A stretch of 50,210 bases of DNA. Origin: a virus. The stretch is taken from the IMG/VR virus record IMGVR_UViG_3300028666_000006; one strand, 5' to 3'. Positions 9,760-17,532 of the stretch are shown here, one piece after another. Both the position numbers and the translations under genes were made by a program. Numbering within the stretch: the stretch's first letter is position 1; each line of letters opens with the position of its first letter. The notes below the pieces were generated by a model, which saw only the letters and a list, made by a program, of their open reading frames with translations, was not told the origin of the DNA and made no database searches.

Positions 9760-10134
9760 ATGGCTGAAGACGAAGACCTCAAGACGTTCCTCGACGACTT
9801 GCTGAGCCGCGCGCTGCATACCATCTGGCAGGCCGGCGCCCCGCTAGTTGTCACCTTGTGGGCCGCCAGCGGTCTACATCTTGCTGACTTAGCACACGCG
9901 AGCGGCCGTCAGAAGGCGATTCTGACCGTAGTTCTCCCGTTGTCGTCCGGCGTGCTCTCGGCCCTGAAGACGACCCTCACGGCGTACTTCAAGGCCAACA
10001 AGAGCGTGGCCGTCAGTCTCGGCGAAGCCGAACTCGCGAAGCTCCACGTCAACATGGGCTTCGTCGAACCGGCAGTCGAGCAAACTGCCTCGGCGGTTGC
10101 GGCTGGCGCAGTCATCACGGGTGATCCCCAGTGA
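9760..10134 (+). CDS. holin-like membrane protein
   Basis: 124 aa with an AGGAG SD and two hydrophobic segments. It lies immediately upstream of the endolysin and overlaps it. Confidence 0.6.
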   Translation: MAEDEDLKTFLDDLLSRALHTIWQAGAPLVVTLWAASGLHLADLAHASGRQKAILTVVLPLSSGVLSALKTTLTAYFKANKSVAVSLGEAELAKLHVNMGFVEPAVEQTASAVAAGAVITGDPQ

Positions 10135-10871
10135 CCGCGGCCAAGCTGATCGACTACTCCTTCGAGCGCCCGCCCATCCCGGCCGATGTCGTCGCTGTCG
10201 TGCGTTATGGCGTCGGCGGTACTGCCTCGAAGCTGATTACGCCAGCCGAGGTCGCAGCGCTTCACCACGAGGGTAAGGCAATCGTGATGGCGTTCGAGTC
10301 GACTGCACAGCGGGCCGCTGAAGGCGCCATCGCTGGCCTGGCCGATCTCGACGCCATGGAGAAGGCGATGCGTACGCTCGGCTACCCGCATCAGTGCCCG
10401 ATCTTCTACGCCGTCGACTTCGACGCGAGCCCGAGCGACGTACTCCCCTACTTCCACGGGATCATTCCCGGTGCCTGGTACCCGAGCGGCCCCTACGCCG
10501 GCATCGACGTCGTCGAGGCTGTGCTCCACCGGCACCCGCGCGCCGTGGCGTGGCAGACGCTCGCCTGGTCCTCTGGCAAGGTCAGCAAGCACAAGCGCTG
10601 CATCCTCTACCAGAACGGTGTGGGCAACGGCTACGACACCGACATCACCCTTCAGCCGTTCTATGCGTGGGGCAAGGATGGTCCGGTCTTGATCGGGGGC
10701 AAGCCTCAGCCGGCGCCCAAGCCTCCCAAGAAGACCAACCTCTCGCCTCGATCAGCTCACGCCGCCCATCACCTGGCGACGGCACTCCCGAGGCGCAAGC
10801 ACGGGCCGACCGACAAGGCCCGCGCAGAACTGGAAGCCGCGCAGAAGGCAATCCAGGGCGTTCTCAAGTAG
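10131..10871 (+). CDS. endolysin (DUF1906 / glycoside-hydrolase-like domain plus basic Pro/Lys tail)
   Basis: GTGA-coupled. The N-terminal ~190 aa resemble the Rv2525c-like GH-fold domain (IDYSFERP..., YAVDFDA..., GYDTD). The C-terminus is KPQPAPKPPKK-rich. Confidence 0.7.
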   Translation: MTAAKLIDYSFERPPIPADVVAVVRYGVGGTASKLITPAEVAALHHEGKAIVMAFESTAQRAAEGAIAGLADLDAMEKAMRTLGYPHQCPIFYAVDFDASPSDVLPYFHGIIPGAWYPSGPYAGIDVVEAVLHRHPRAVAWQTLAWSSGKVSKHKRCILYQNGVGNGYDTDITLQPFYAWGKDGPVLIGGKPQPAPKPPKKTNLSPRSAHAAHHLATALPRRKHGPTDKARAELEAAQKAIQGVLK

Positions 10872-10907
10872 GATCGAACTTCGCGGCTAGGCGGTGGCCG
10901 CGGGGAC

Positions 10908-10949
10908 GTCGACCGGCCCGTATGAGCCGTTAGCTCCGGGCCGGTCGAC
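10908..10949 (+). terminator. stem-loop terminator at the end of the late/lysis operon
   Basis: Perfect 13-bp inverted repeat gtcgaccggcccg / cgggccggtcgac with a 16-nt loop, 37 nt after the endolysin stop. Confidence 0.7.
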
Positions 10950-10951
10950 AC

Positions 10952-10980
10952 TTGACAAGGACTTTGCAAGGCGTTACCTT
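10952..10980 (+). promoter_or_regulatory. sigma-70/SigA-type promoter P1 (early operon)
   Basis: TTGACA (10952..10957), a 17-nt spacer, then TACCTT (10975..10980, TANNNT). A GGGAGGAG SD and GTG11008 follow. Confidence 0.6.
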
Positions 10981-11007
10981 GATCTCCTCACAGGGAGGAG
11001 TGCCACC

Positions 11008-11142
11008 GTGGCACCATCAGACATCGACCGAGTGCTCCGAGAGCGCCCGTCATCCGGCCCAGTCGACGAGCTTGTCGAGCCGGACTACGCCGACATCAGC
11101 GAGCGGTACTTCGTCGAGGCTGACCTCGACGCCATCGAGTGA
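11008..11142 (+). CDS. small acidic hypothetical protein
   Basis: GTG11008 lies 7 nt after GGGAGGAG, inside ORF 10894..11142. It is the first gene after P1. Confidence 0.5.
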   Translation: MAPSDIDRVLRERPSSGPVDELVEPDYADISERYFVEADLDAIE

Positions 11143-11432
11143 AGCGCAGCAGCCTGAACGCGAGCGCTATCCGTCGTGGCGAGAACATCTGGCGCGACAT
11201 GACCGATGAGGAGATCATCGAAGCGCTCGCTGGACGCGAGATCACTTGGGTCAATACCATGAGCGAGAAGCGGGAATCCGCCCGTCTGCCTGCTCACGAC
11301 GCCAAACTGACCCGTGTTACCCGTGGCGTCCGCTCCGATGGGCGGAAGATCCGCTGCATCGAGTTCGTCAGTGCTGGCGCCGAAGGCGGCTTCCGAGCCG
11401 TTCGGCTCCGGGCGATCAGGAAGGTTGAGTAG
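11139..11432 (+). CDS. hypothetical protein
   Basis: 97-aa ORF, GTGA-coupled to the upstream gene. Confidence 0.65.
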   Translation: MKRSSLNASAIRRGENIWRDMTDEEIIEALAGREITWVNTMSEKRESARLPAHDAKLTRVTRGVRSDGRKIRCIEFVSAGAEGGFRAVRLRAIRKVE

Positions 11433-11851
11433 TGACCGACATCACGATGCAGAAGGTGGCCGCCGAGGCGGTGTGTGCTGGGCTGAACAAGACGGACTTC
11501 CTCTACCTCGGCGAGTCCGAGGGTGGTGCGGTGACCTGGTTCAGCCGGGGCGACAAGCCGCGCATCGTCCGCATCAGCGTCAACCGCTCTAGCCTCGTCA
11601 ACGCCGTGATTGTGACGACCGAGTTCCCCAACTTCGCCAACAAGGGTCTCGGCCGCCAGATCATCACAGGCAAGGAGCGCACGGTCATCCCAACCGACCG
11701 AGCGCTCACCGACGACCAGGTGATGGAGGCGGCCACAGCCGCCGTCGTGCGGTGCCTGGAGATCTTCCGCGACGTGCTCGAAGGCATCGGCGTCGCTGGT
11801 GTTACCGGCGTACTGCATCACGACTGGTCCGACAAGCTACCGGAGGCATGA
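11432..11851 (+). CDS. hypothetical protein
   Basis: 139-aa ORF. Its GTG start shares one base with the upstream TAG. Confidence 0.7.
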   Translation: MTDITMQKVAAEAVCAGLNKTDFLYLGESEGGAVTWFSRGDKPRIVRISVNRSSLVNAVIVTTEFPNFANKGLGRQIITGKERTVIPTDRALTDDQVMEAATAAVVRCLEIFRDVLEGIGVAGVTGVLHHDWSDKLPEA

Positions 11852-12033
11852 TGAGCCGCAAGCACAACACCCGTCACGACGCCCGCGGCAAGAGCCGTTA
11901 TCCCGAGCGACTAGCGAAGCGCGGCGAGTCGAACGTGACCGTCCGCATGGTCCCGCTCGATCAGCTTCGCAAGGCCGCACTACGCCGAGGCGACGCCGTC
12001 GAGCAAGAAGAGGCGTTCGCCGATGCCAGTTAG
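11848..12033 (+). CDS. small basic hypothetical protein
   Basis: ATG11848 (GGAGG SD, ATGA coupling) within ORF 11752..12033. Confidence 0.6.
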   Translation: MMSRKHNTRHDARGKSRYPERLAKRGESNVTVRMVPLDQLRKAALRRGDAVEQEEAFADAS

Positions 12034-13870
12034 GTGCGAACTGTCGCCCCGTGGCCGGGTCAAGCTGACTGGCTGGGCAGGCGACGACACCTCACGACGC
12101 TGCAAGAGCGTGGCTGGCGCGGCGTTCAAGAAGAAGCCCGTGCCGCACTGGACGTTCCCGCTCGATCTCCCGACGTGCCGAGCACTTGGCAAGGCGTTCG
12201 CCGGCCAGATCGAGGTGGCACCTGAACTACGCGCCTGGACCGATCACGAGGTGGCGAAGGTTCGAGCGCTGACCGATATCGCCCACCTGGCTGACGTCGG
12301 CACGCAGCAGCTCGCTGGCCGTGCTCCCCGGATCGCCGAGGCTCTTCTCCCGTACCAGCGCGTGGCCGCTGCGTGGGGGTCACACGCTGGCTCATTCCTG
12401 CTCGCTGACCAACCAGGTCTGGGTAAGACGATCGAGACGCTCGCGATCATCGCTGAGAGCCACGTAGAGGGCTCGATTCTCGTGGCGGCCCCGTCAGTCG
12501 CTATCGACTCCGTTTGGCGTCGGGAGATCGCCCAGTGGCTCGGATCGACCGCTCTGGTCTTCACTGCCACCGGGACGCGCGAGCAGCGCCAGCAGACGCT
12601 CCAGGTGGCCCTGAGCGCTGTCCGGCGCAAGACGGCGCCGTACGTCTTCGTCGTGGTCAACCTCGAAATGCTCAGGCTCACCCGCGAGGAGGACTTCGAG
12701 TACCCCGAGCTCTTCAGCGTGCCCTGGACGGCCGAGGTGGTCGACGAGAGCCATCGGGGTCTCATCAGGTCACCGGGTGACGGAACGCTGCTCAGGCGTG
12801 GCCTGATGAGCCTTCCACCAGCACAGCGAATCGCCCTGTCGGGTACGCCGATGCGCGGCAAGCCGCGGCATCTCTGGGGCACGCTCAACTGGCTACGCCC
12901 AAAGGAGTACACATCATTCTGGACTTGGGCAGATCGGTACTTCTCGGTCAGTTCGGACGGATACAGCGACTACGTGATCGGCGACTTCCGCGACGGCGGC
13001 GACACCGCGATGGCTCGGGATCTCCGCACGGTAATGCTCCGACGCACCAAGGCCGAAGTGCTCACCGACCTGCCGCCCAAGCAGTACGCCGGCACCTACC
13101 TGATCCCCGATGACGAAGAGTCGCCTCTCGGCGTGTGGCTCAAGCCCAACGACAAGCAGAAGCGCCAGTACGACTCCTTCGTGAAGAACGCCGTGATCGA
13201 GTTCGACACGGGCGAGGAGATCATCACCAACGGAGCGCTCGCCGAGTACACCCGCAAGCGTCAGCTCGCCGCTGCGTTCTGCAAGATGGCTAACGGCAAG
13301 TTGCACCCGACGATTGAAAGTCCGAAGTTCGACTGGCTCGTGCAGAAGCTGATCGAGCTGGGGATCTATACGCCCAAGGGCATCAGCGAGCGCGGACCCG
13401 AAGAGGTCGGCAAGATCGTGGTGACGTCCGGCTCGACGCGACTGCTCAATGCCTTCTCTGAGGGTCTTACCTCGCTTGGTGTACCTAACTACCGTCTCAC
13501 GGGCGCTACGCCGACAGCCGTTCGAGTTCAACAGGTTGAGAACTTCCAGACGCGCGACGACGTGCGCGTGTACTTCCTCAACCGTATGGCTGGCGGTGTG
13601 GCGATCACTCTCGATGCCGCCGATGACCTCGTACTGCTCGACGAGTCGACCATTCCCGACGAGGACGAGCAGGTCGAGGATCGCGTGCACCGCGCGAGCA
13701 GCAACCACAGCGTGACAATCCACCGACTTCGCACTATCGGAACGATCGACGAGGAAGTCGCTTGGATCGCAGCAGCTCGTGAGAACGTCGCCAAGTACGT
13801 GCTCGATGGCACGCGAGGAGTTGATTATGCCAAGTCTGTCTATCTGGACTCCCTCAGGGTACGCGACTAA
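12023..13870 (+). CDS. SNF2-family DNA helicase
   Basis: LLADQPGLGKTIETLAI (motif I), VVDESHRG (motif II), LSGTPM (motif III), and a C-terminal helicase lobe. Confidence 0.9.
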   Translation: MPVRCELSPRGRVKLTGWAGDDTSRRCKSVAGAAFKKKPVPHWTFPLDLPTCRALGKAFAGQIEVAPELRAWTDHEVAKVRALTDIAHLADVGTQQLAGRAPRIAEALLPYQRVAAAWGSHAGSFLLADQPGLGKTIETLAIIAESHVEGSILVAAPSVAIDSVWRREIAQWLGSTALVFTATGTREQRQQTLQVALSAVRRKTAPYVFVVVNLEMLRLTREEDFEYPELFSVPWTAEVVDESHRGLIRSPGDGTLLRRGLMSLPPAQRIALSGTPMRGKPRHLWGTLNWLRPKEYTSFWTWADRYFSVSSDGYSDYVIGDFRDGGDTAMARDLRTVMLRRTKAEVLTDLPPKQYAGTYLIPDDEESPLGVWLKPNDKQKRQYDSFVKNAVIEFDTGEEIITNGALAEYTRKRQLAAAFCKMANGKLHPTIESPKFDWLVQKLIELGIYTPKGISERGPEEVGKIVVTSGSTRLLNAFSEGLTSLGVPNYRLTGATPTAVRVQQVENFQTRDDVRVYFLNRMAGGVAITLDAADDLVLLDESTIPDEDEQVEDRVHRASSNHSVTIHRLRTIGTIDEEVAWIAAARENVAKYVLDGTRGVDYAKSVYLDSLRVRD

Positions 13871-14171
13871 CCACTCACGCGTACAGCGGTGGCGCGGACG
13901 TGCCGCAGAGGAGATCTGTCGATGCGGTGCTCTTGCACGAGAGTGGGCGCAACTACACGACACTGATGGCACTGATCCTTGGTTGCACTTCGAGGCAATG
14001 TGCCTAAGCTGTCATCACCGTTACGATCAATCTCCAGTATGCCCTTCAGGGCACGCTAGAACTATTGGCAACCTAGTTCGCAACGGCTACAATCGGGACG
14101 GAACGCCGTCCTACCGCTGTCGAGAGTGCAATGTCAATCACTGTCGACGTCAACGCACACAAGGAGAATGA
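13827..14171 (+). CDS. HNH endonuclease
   Basis: ATG13827 follows GAGGAG. Motifs CRCG...EWAQLH...LHFEAMCLSCHHRYD, plus a C-terminal CRECN zinc-ribbon-like motif. The patch is visibly lower in GC. Confidence 0.75.
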   Translation: MPSLSIWTPSGYATNHSRVQRWRGRAAEEICRCGALAREWAQLHDTDGTDPWLHFEAMCLSCHHRYDQSPVCPSGHARTIGNLVRNGYNRDGTPSYRCRECNVNHCRRQRTQGE

Positions 14172-14596
14172 TGGCACTCGCACCGATCGAGCAGCTCTTC
14201 CGCAAGAGCACGCAGTACCAGGAGGCACTCCAGGAGTTCACCGACGGCGCCACGGCGCGGCTGGCTGAGATCCGCTCGGAGTACGAGACGCTCAGCGCTG
14301 CGTTGCAAGGCAACGTCGCACCTTCCTCACCACCCGTGAAGAAGACCACTGCGCCCCCGCCGGCCAAGAAGGCCGCACCGCCGAAGCCGGCCGTCGTCGA
14401 GGACGAGTCACCACTCGCCACGATCACCGAGCTCCCGAGCGTCGTCGAGGACATCGACGAGGCTGGTTGGGTCATCGACGGCGACGAGGTCGCGGCTGAG
14501 ACCGAAGCCGCTGGCGGCGAAGGTAGCGATGACACGGTCGACCTGACCGAGACCGACGGCGTGTGGGGCGACCCCAACGAGCCGGACGACTACTAA
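14168..14596 (+). CDS. hypothetical protein (Pro/Ala-rich centre, acidic C-terminus)
   Basis: ATG14168 with an AAGGAG SD, ATGA-coupled to the HNH stop. Confidence 0.7.
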   Translation: MMALAPIEQLFRKSTQYQEALQEFTDGATARLAEIRSEYETLSAALQGNVAPSSPPVKKTTAPPPAKKAAPPKPAVVEDESPLATITELPSVVEDIDEAGWVIDGDEVAAETEAAGGEGSDDTVDLTETDGVWGDPNEPDDY

Positions 14597-14604
14597 CCAA
14601 GCCT

Positions 14605-14645
14605 GTGCGCTACGGGGACGCTAGCAGTCCCCGAATATAGCGCAC
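14605..14645 (+). terminator. nested stem-loop (terminator or attenuator)
   Basis: The outer stem gtgcgcta/tagcgcac (8 bp) encloses an inner stem ggggac/gtcccc (6 bp, 7-nt loop). Confidence 0.55.
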
Positions 14646-14749
14646 TGAGTGGCCGAGGGGCATAGGAGCGCGTCGATGTGGCGCGACCCGGTGTGACTTC
14701 TCCCGAGAGTGAACACCCTCGGCCACAGACCCCTTCTCTAAGGAGCAGC

Positions 14750-15865
14750 ATGGCCGCAATACCGCACCTCCGTACCAGCGAGCGACGCGACTTCAAGCGA
14801 TGCCAGCAACGCTGGCGCTGGGCATGGCGACAAGGTCTCGTGGCGAAGCACCAGAAGCCCGGAGCACTCTGGTTCGGCACAGGCATCCACTTGGCGCTTC
14901 AACACCGCTACAGCAAGCCAGGGCTCGCCCGCGGTCGCAACGTACTTCAGGTCTGGCGTGACTATGCCGGCGAGACCGAAGCCGTGATCTACGGGGACAA
15001 CTACGCCAACGACCGCGACGACTTCTTCGACGCCCGCGAGCTCGGGGAGCACATGCTCGGTGCGTACCTCGATACCTATGGCATGGATGAGCGCTGGCAC
15101 GTCATCAGCGCCGAGCAGACTTTCGAGATCCCGATTCCGCATCCTGTCAAGACGCACAACGGAGAGACGATGGTGCTCTACAACGGCACCTTCGACCTCG
15201 TGGCAATGGACCTCGAAGCCGAGGCGCGCGATAACGTCAAGTCGCTGTGGGTCTGGGACCACAAGACCGCCAAGGCGATTATGACGAACCACCTCGCACT
15301 CGATGACCAGGCTGGTTCGTACTGGGCCGTGGCGGGCGATGTGCTTGCTGCACAAGGGCTTGTCGAGCCAGGGATGAAGCTGGACGGCATCCTCTACAAC
15401 TTCTTGCGCAAGGCTCGCACTGACGAGCGCCCGGTCGACGCCGACGGTCTCGCCACCAACAAGCCGACCAAGCAGCACTACGTCGATGCCCTTCCTGGTG
15501 CCACCATGAAGATGACCGCGAAGGAACTCGAAGCAGCGGCCGAGGCGGCTGGCATCACCGTGCTGGGCGAAGTCAGCAAGACACAGCCGAAGCCGAACTT
15601 CCATCGTGAGGTCGTGTGGCGCACAGCCAAGGAGCGGCGCACGCAGATCGAGCGCATCCAGCGCGAGTACCTTCAGATGGATGCGTTCAAGCGCGGTTTA
15701 CTCCCGATCATCAAGACGCCCACGAAGGATTGTTCTTGGGACTGCGCGTTCTTTGACATGTGCCAGCTTCAGGATCAGCGCGACGACTGGACTTCGTACC
15801 GGGACCAGACGTACGATCAGGTCGATCCCTACACCGACCATCGCAAGTCAGCCGCAGACGACTAG
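14750..15865 (+). CDS. PD-(D/E)XK exonuclease, Cas4/RecB-like
   Basis: ATG14750 follows AAGGAG. Nuclease core FDLVAMD...VWDHKTAK. One N-terminal Cys plus a C-terminal CSWDCAFFDMC cluster, as in Fe-S Cas4-type nucleases. Confidence 0.85.
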   Translation: MAAIPHLRTSERRDFKRCQQRWRWAWRQGLVAKHQKPGALWFGTGIHLALQHRYSKPGLARGRNVLQVWRDYAGETEAVIYGDNYANDRDDFFDARELGEHMLGAYLDTYGMDERWHVISAEQTFEIPIPHPVKTHNGETMVLYNGTFDLVAMDLEAEARDNVKSLWVWDHKTAKAIMTNHLALDDQAGSYWAVAGDVLAAQGLVEPGMKLDGILYNFLRKARTDERPVDADGLATNKPTKQHYVDALPGATMKMTAKELEAAAEAAGITVLGEVSKTQPKPNFHREVVWRTAKERRTQIERIQREYLQMDAFKRGLLPIIKTPTKDCSWDCAFFDMCQLQDQRDDWTSYRDQTYDQVDPYTDHRKSAADD

Positions 15866-15875
15866 GAGATCACTG

Positions 15876-16631
15876 ATGGTTGCAATCACCGGGCTCGACG
15901 AGTACACCGAGTCCATCAACATGCTGGTCTACGCCGACCCCGGCGCCGGCAAGACGGTCCTCGGTGGCACGAGCAACGGACTGATGATCGCGACCGAGCC
16001 TGGCTCGATCAGCGCGAAGCGTCACGGCTCGAAGGCCAAGCTCGCCCAGTGCGAGACGTGGCCCGACTTCGTCGAGATCCTCCAGCGACTGCGCAACGGA
16101 TCACTGCGCCCGCCGTGGGTCGTAATCGACACGCTGACCGGCCTGCAATCCCTTGTGTTGCAAGGGATTCTCGACGAGCGCGACCCCGAGAGCAAGGGCA
16201 AGATGCCCGACGAGATCCCGATGATGCAAGACCACCAGGTCTGGCAGTCGCGGTTCAAGAACGCCGTCAACGCTCTCAACGGCATCAACTCCAACGTGCT
16301 GTACCTCTGCCACACGATGGCCGACGAGGATGATGACGGCAACAAGATCATCCTGCCGATGATCTATGGCAAGAACGGCACGCCCGACCCGACGACGATG
16401 TGCCGCTGGGTCTGCTCGACGGTCCACCTCTACGGCTACCTAGCCGTGAAGATGGATGATGAGGGCAACGAACATCGCAAGTTCATCGCCCGTCGCTTCG
16501 GCCCGTACTTCGGCAAGGATCGCTACGGCGTGATCCCGCCGAAGGGGATGGCTGAGCCGACGATCCCCAAGATCGACCGTCTCATCACCGAGGCGGCACC
16601 GCGCCCCGACAAGAAGGAGAGCAATGCCTAA
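15876..16631 (+). CDS. AAA_24 / Sak4-like recombination ATPase
   Basis: ATG15876 follows TAGGAG. Walker A YADPGAGKT and Walker B-like VVIDTLTGL. Confidence 0.85.
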   Translation: MVAITGLDEYTESINMLVYADPGAGKTVLGGTSNGLMIATEPGSISAKRHGSKAKLAQCETWPDFVEILQRLRNGSLRPPWVVIDTLTGLQSLVLQGILDERDPESKGKMPDEIPMMQDHQVWQSRFKNAVNALNGINSNVLYLCHTMADEDDDGNKIILPMIYGKNGTPDPTTMCRWVCSTVHLYGYLAVKMDDEGNEHRKFIARRFGPYFGKDRYGVIPPKGMAEPTIPKIDRLITEAAPRPDKKESNA

Positions 16632-17241
16632 GATCCGTCTCAACGTTGGGGACTTCGACCCCAACGCTGCACCGGCTGCTGGCTTCGGCAACTACGACGG
16701 GCCTGTGCCGCCGGCTGGTCTCTACCGCACCAAGGCCAAGCTCTGGCGGCTGAAGAAGGCCAACAGTGGCAACCTGATGATCGTCGTGATCTTCGAGATC
16801 GACGAGTCGGGCGACAAGAAGAAGTTCAACGGCTACCCGATCTGGCACAACCTCGTCTTCACTCAGAAGTCGAGCCCGTTCGTCAACGCGGCGCTGGTTG
16901 CCATGGGGATCAACCCCAAGGCGCTCAAGGAAGGCGTCGTGACCAAGCCGGACAAGACCACCGACATCGTCTCCATCGGCGGCGTCAAGGTCCAGGGCCT
17001 GCCCGTGCTGGTGACCACCAAGCGCGAGACGTACGAGGGCACCGTCAAGCTGTCGGCGACCTCGTTCGCGAAGGCCGGCGCCAAGGAGGACAGTGAAGAG
17101 GCGGCCGAAGAGGACATCTTCGGTGACGACCCTTTCGCTGGCGATGACAGCACGATCGGCGAGACCGAAGAGGCAGTCAATGCGGGCGAAGCTGACGACC
17201 CGTGGGCTGTCGACGACGGTCAGAGCGGCGAGGCGTACTAG
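16624..17241 (+). CDS. DUF669-like single-stranded DNA-binding protein
   Basis: Follows the Sak4-like ATPase, a usual pairing. It has a strongly acidic C-terminal tail (DDPFAGDD...DDPWAVDD). Confidence 0.75.
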   Translation: MPKIRLNVGDFDPNAAPAAGFGNYDGPVPPAGLYRTKAKLWRLKKANSGNLMIVVIFEIDESGDKKKFNGYPIWHNLVFTQKSSPFVNAALVAMGINPKALKEGVVTKPDKTTDIVSIGGVKVQGLPVLVTTKRETYEGTVKLSATSFAKAGAKEDSEEAAEEDIFGDDPFAGDDSTIGETEEAVNAGEADDPWAVDDGQSGEAY

Positions 17242-17269
17242 CGAGTTGGAACGCTAGTAAGTCTCGCGA

Positions 17270-17308
17270 GGAGGGTCGGCGCGCGTGCGTTCACCGCGCC
17301 GACCCTCC
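17270..17308 (+). terminator. stem-loop terminator/attenuator
   Basis: Perfect 14-bp stem ggagggtcggcgcg / cgcgccgaccctcc with an 11-nt loop. Confidence 0.7.
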
Positions 17309-17328
17309 GACCACTCTAAGGAGATCGA

Positions 17329-17532
17329 GTGTCTGTCAAGTCCGTACACCAGATGAGCAACGATCACCTCCTGCTACACCTCAACCGCCGGCACATGCCG
17401 ATGGCAACGATGCGCCCGCCAGGCTCTGAACTGACGTTCGTGCCCAACATGACCGACTCACTCGCCAAGGTCTGGAAGGCGTGGCACGACCGCGTACACG
17501 CTGCTGAGCAACTAGACCACGAGCACGTCTGA
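17329..17532 (+). CDS. hypothetical protein
   Basis: 67-aa ORF with a GTG start after a TAAGGAG SD. Confidence 0.6.
   Translation: MSVKSVHQMSNDHLLLHLNRRHMPMATMRPPGSELTFVPNMTDSLAKVWKAWHDRVHAAEQLDHEHV

Noticed and set aside
10394-10933. Same-strand alternative-frame ORFs inside genes, e.g. 10394..10933, 7429..8325, 26275..26937, 45612..46139 and 48434..48907.
   Set aside because: Their products are Arg/Pro/Ser-rich low-complexity strings typical of off-frame translation of high-GC genes, and they lack SD sequences. The nested ORF at 28671..29135 differs on these points and was kept as a finding.
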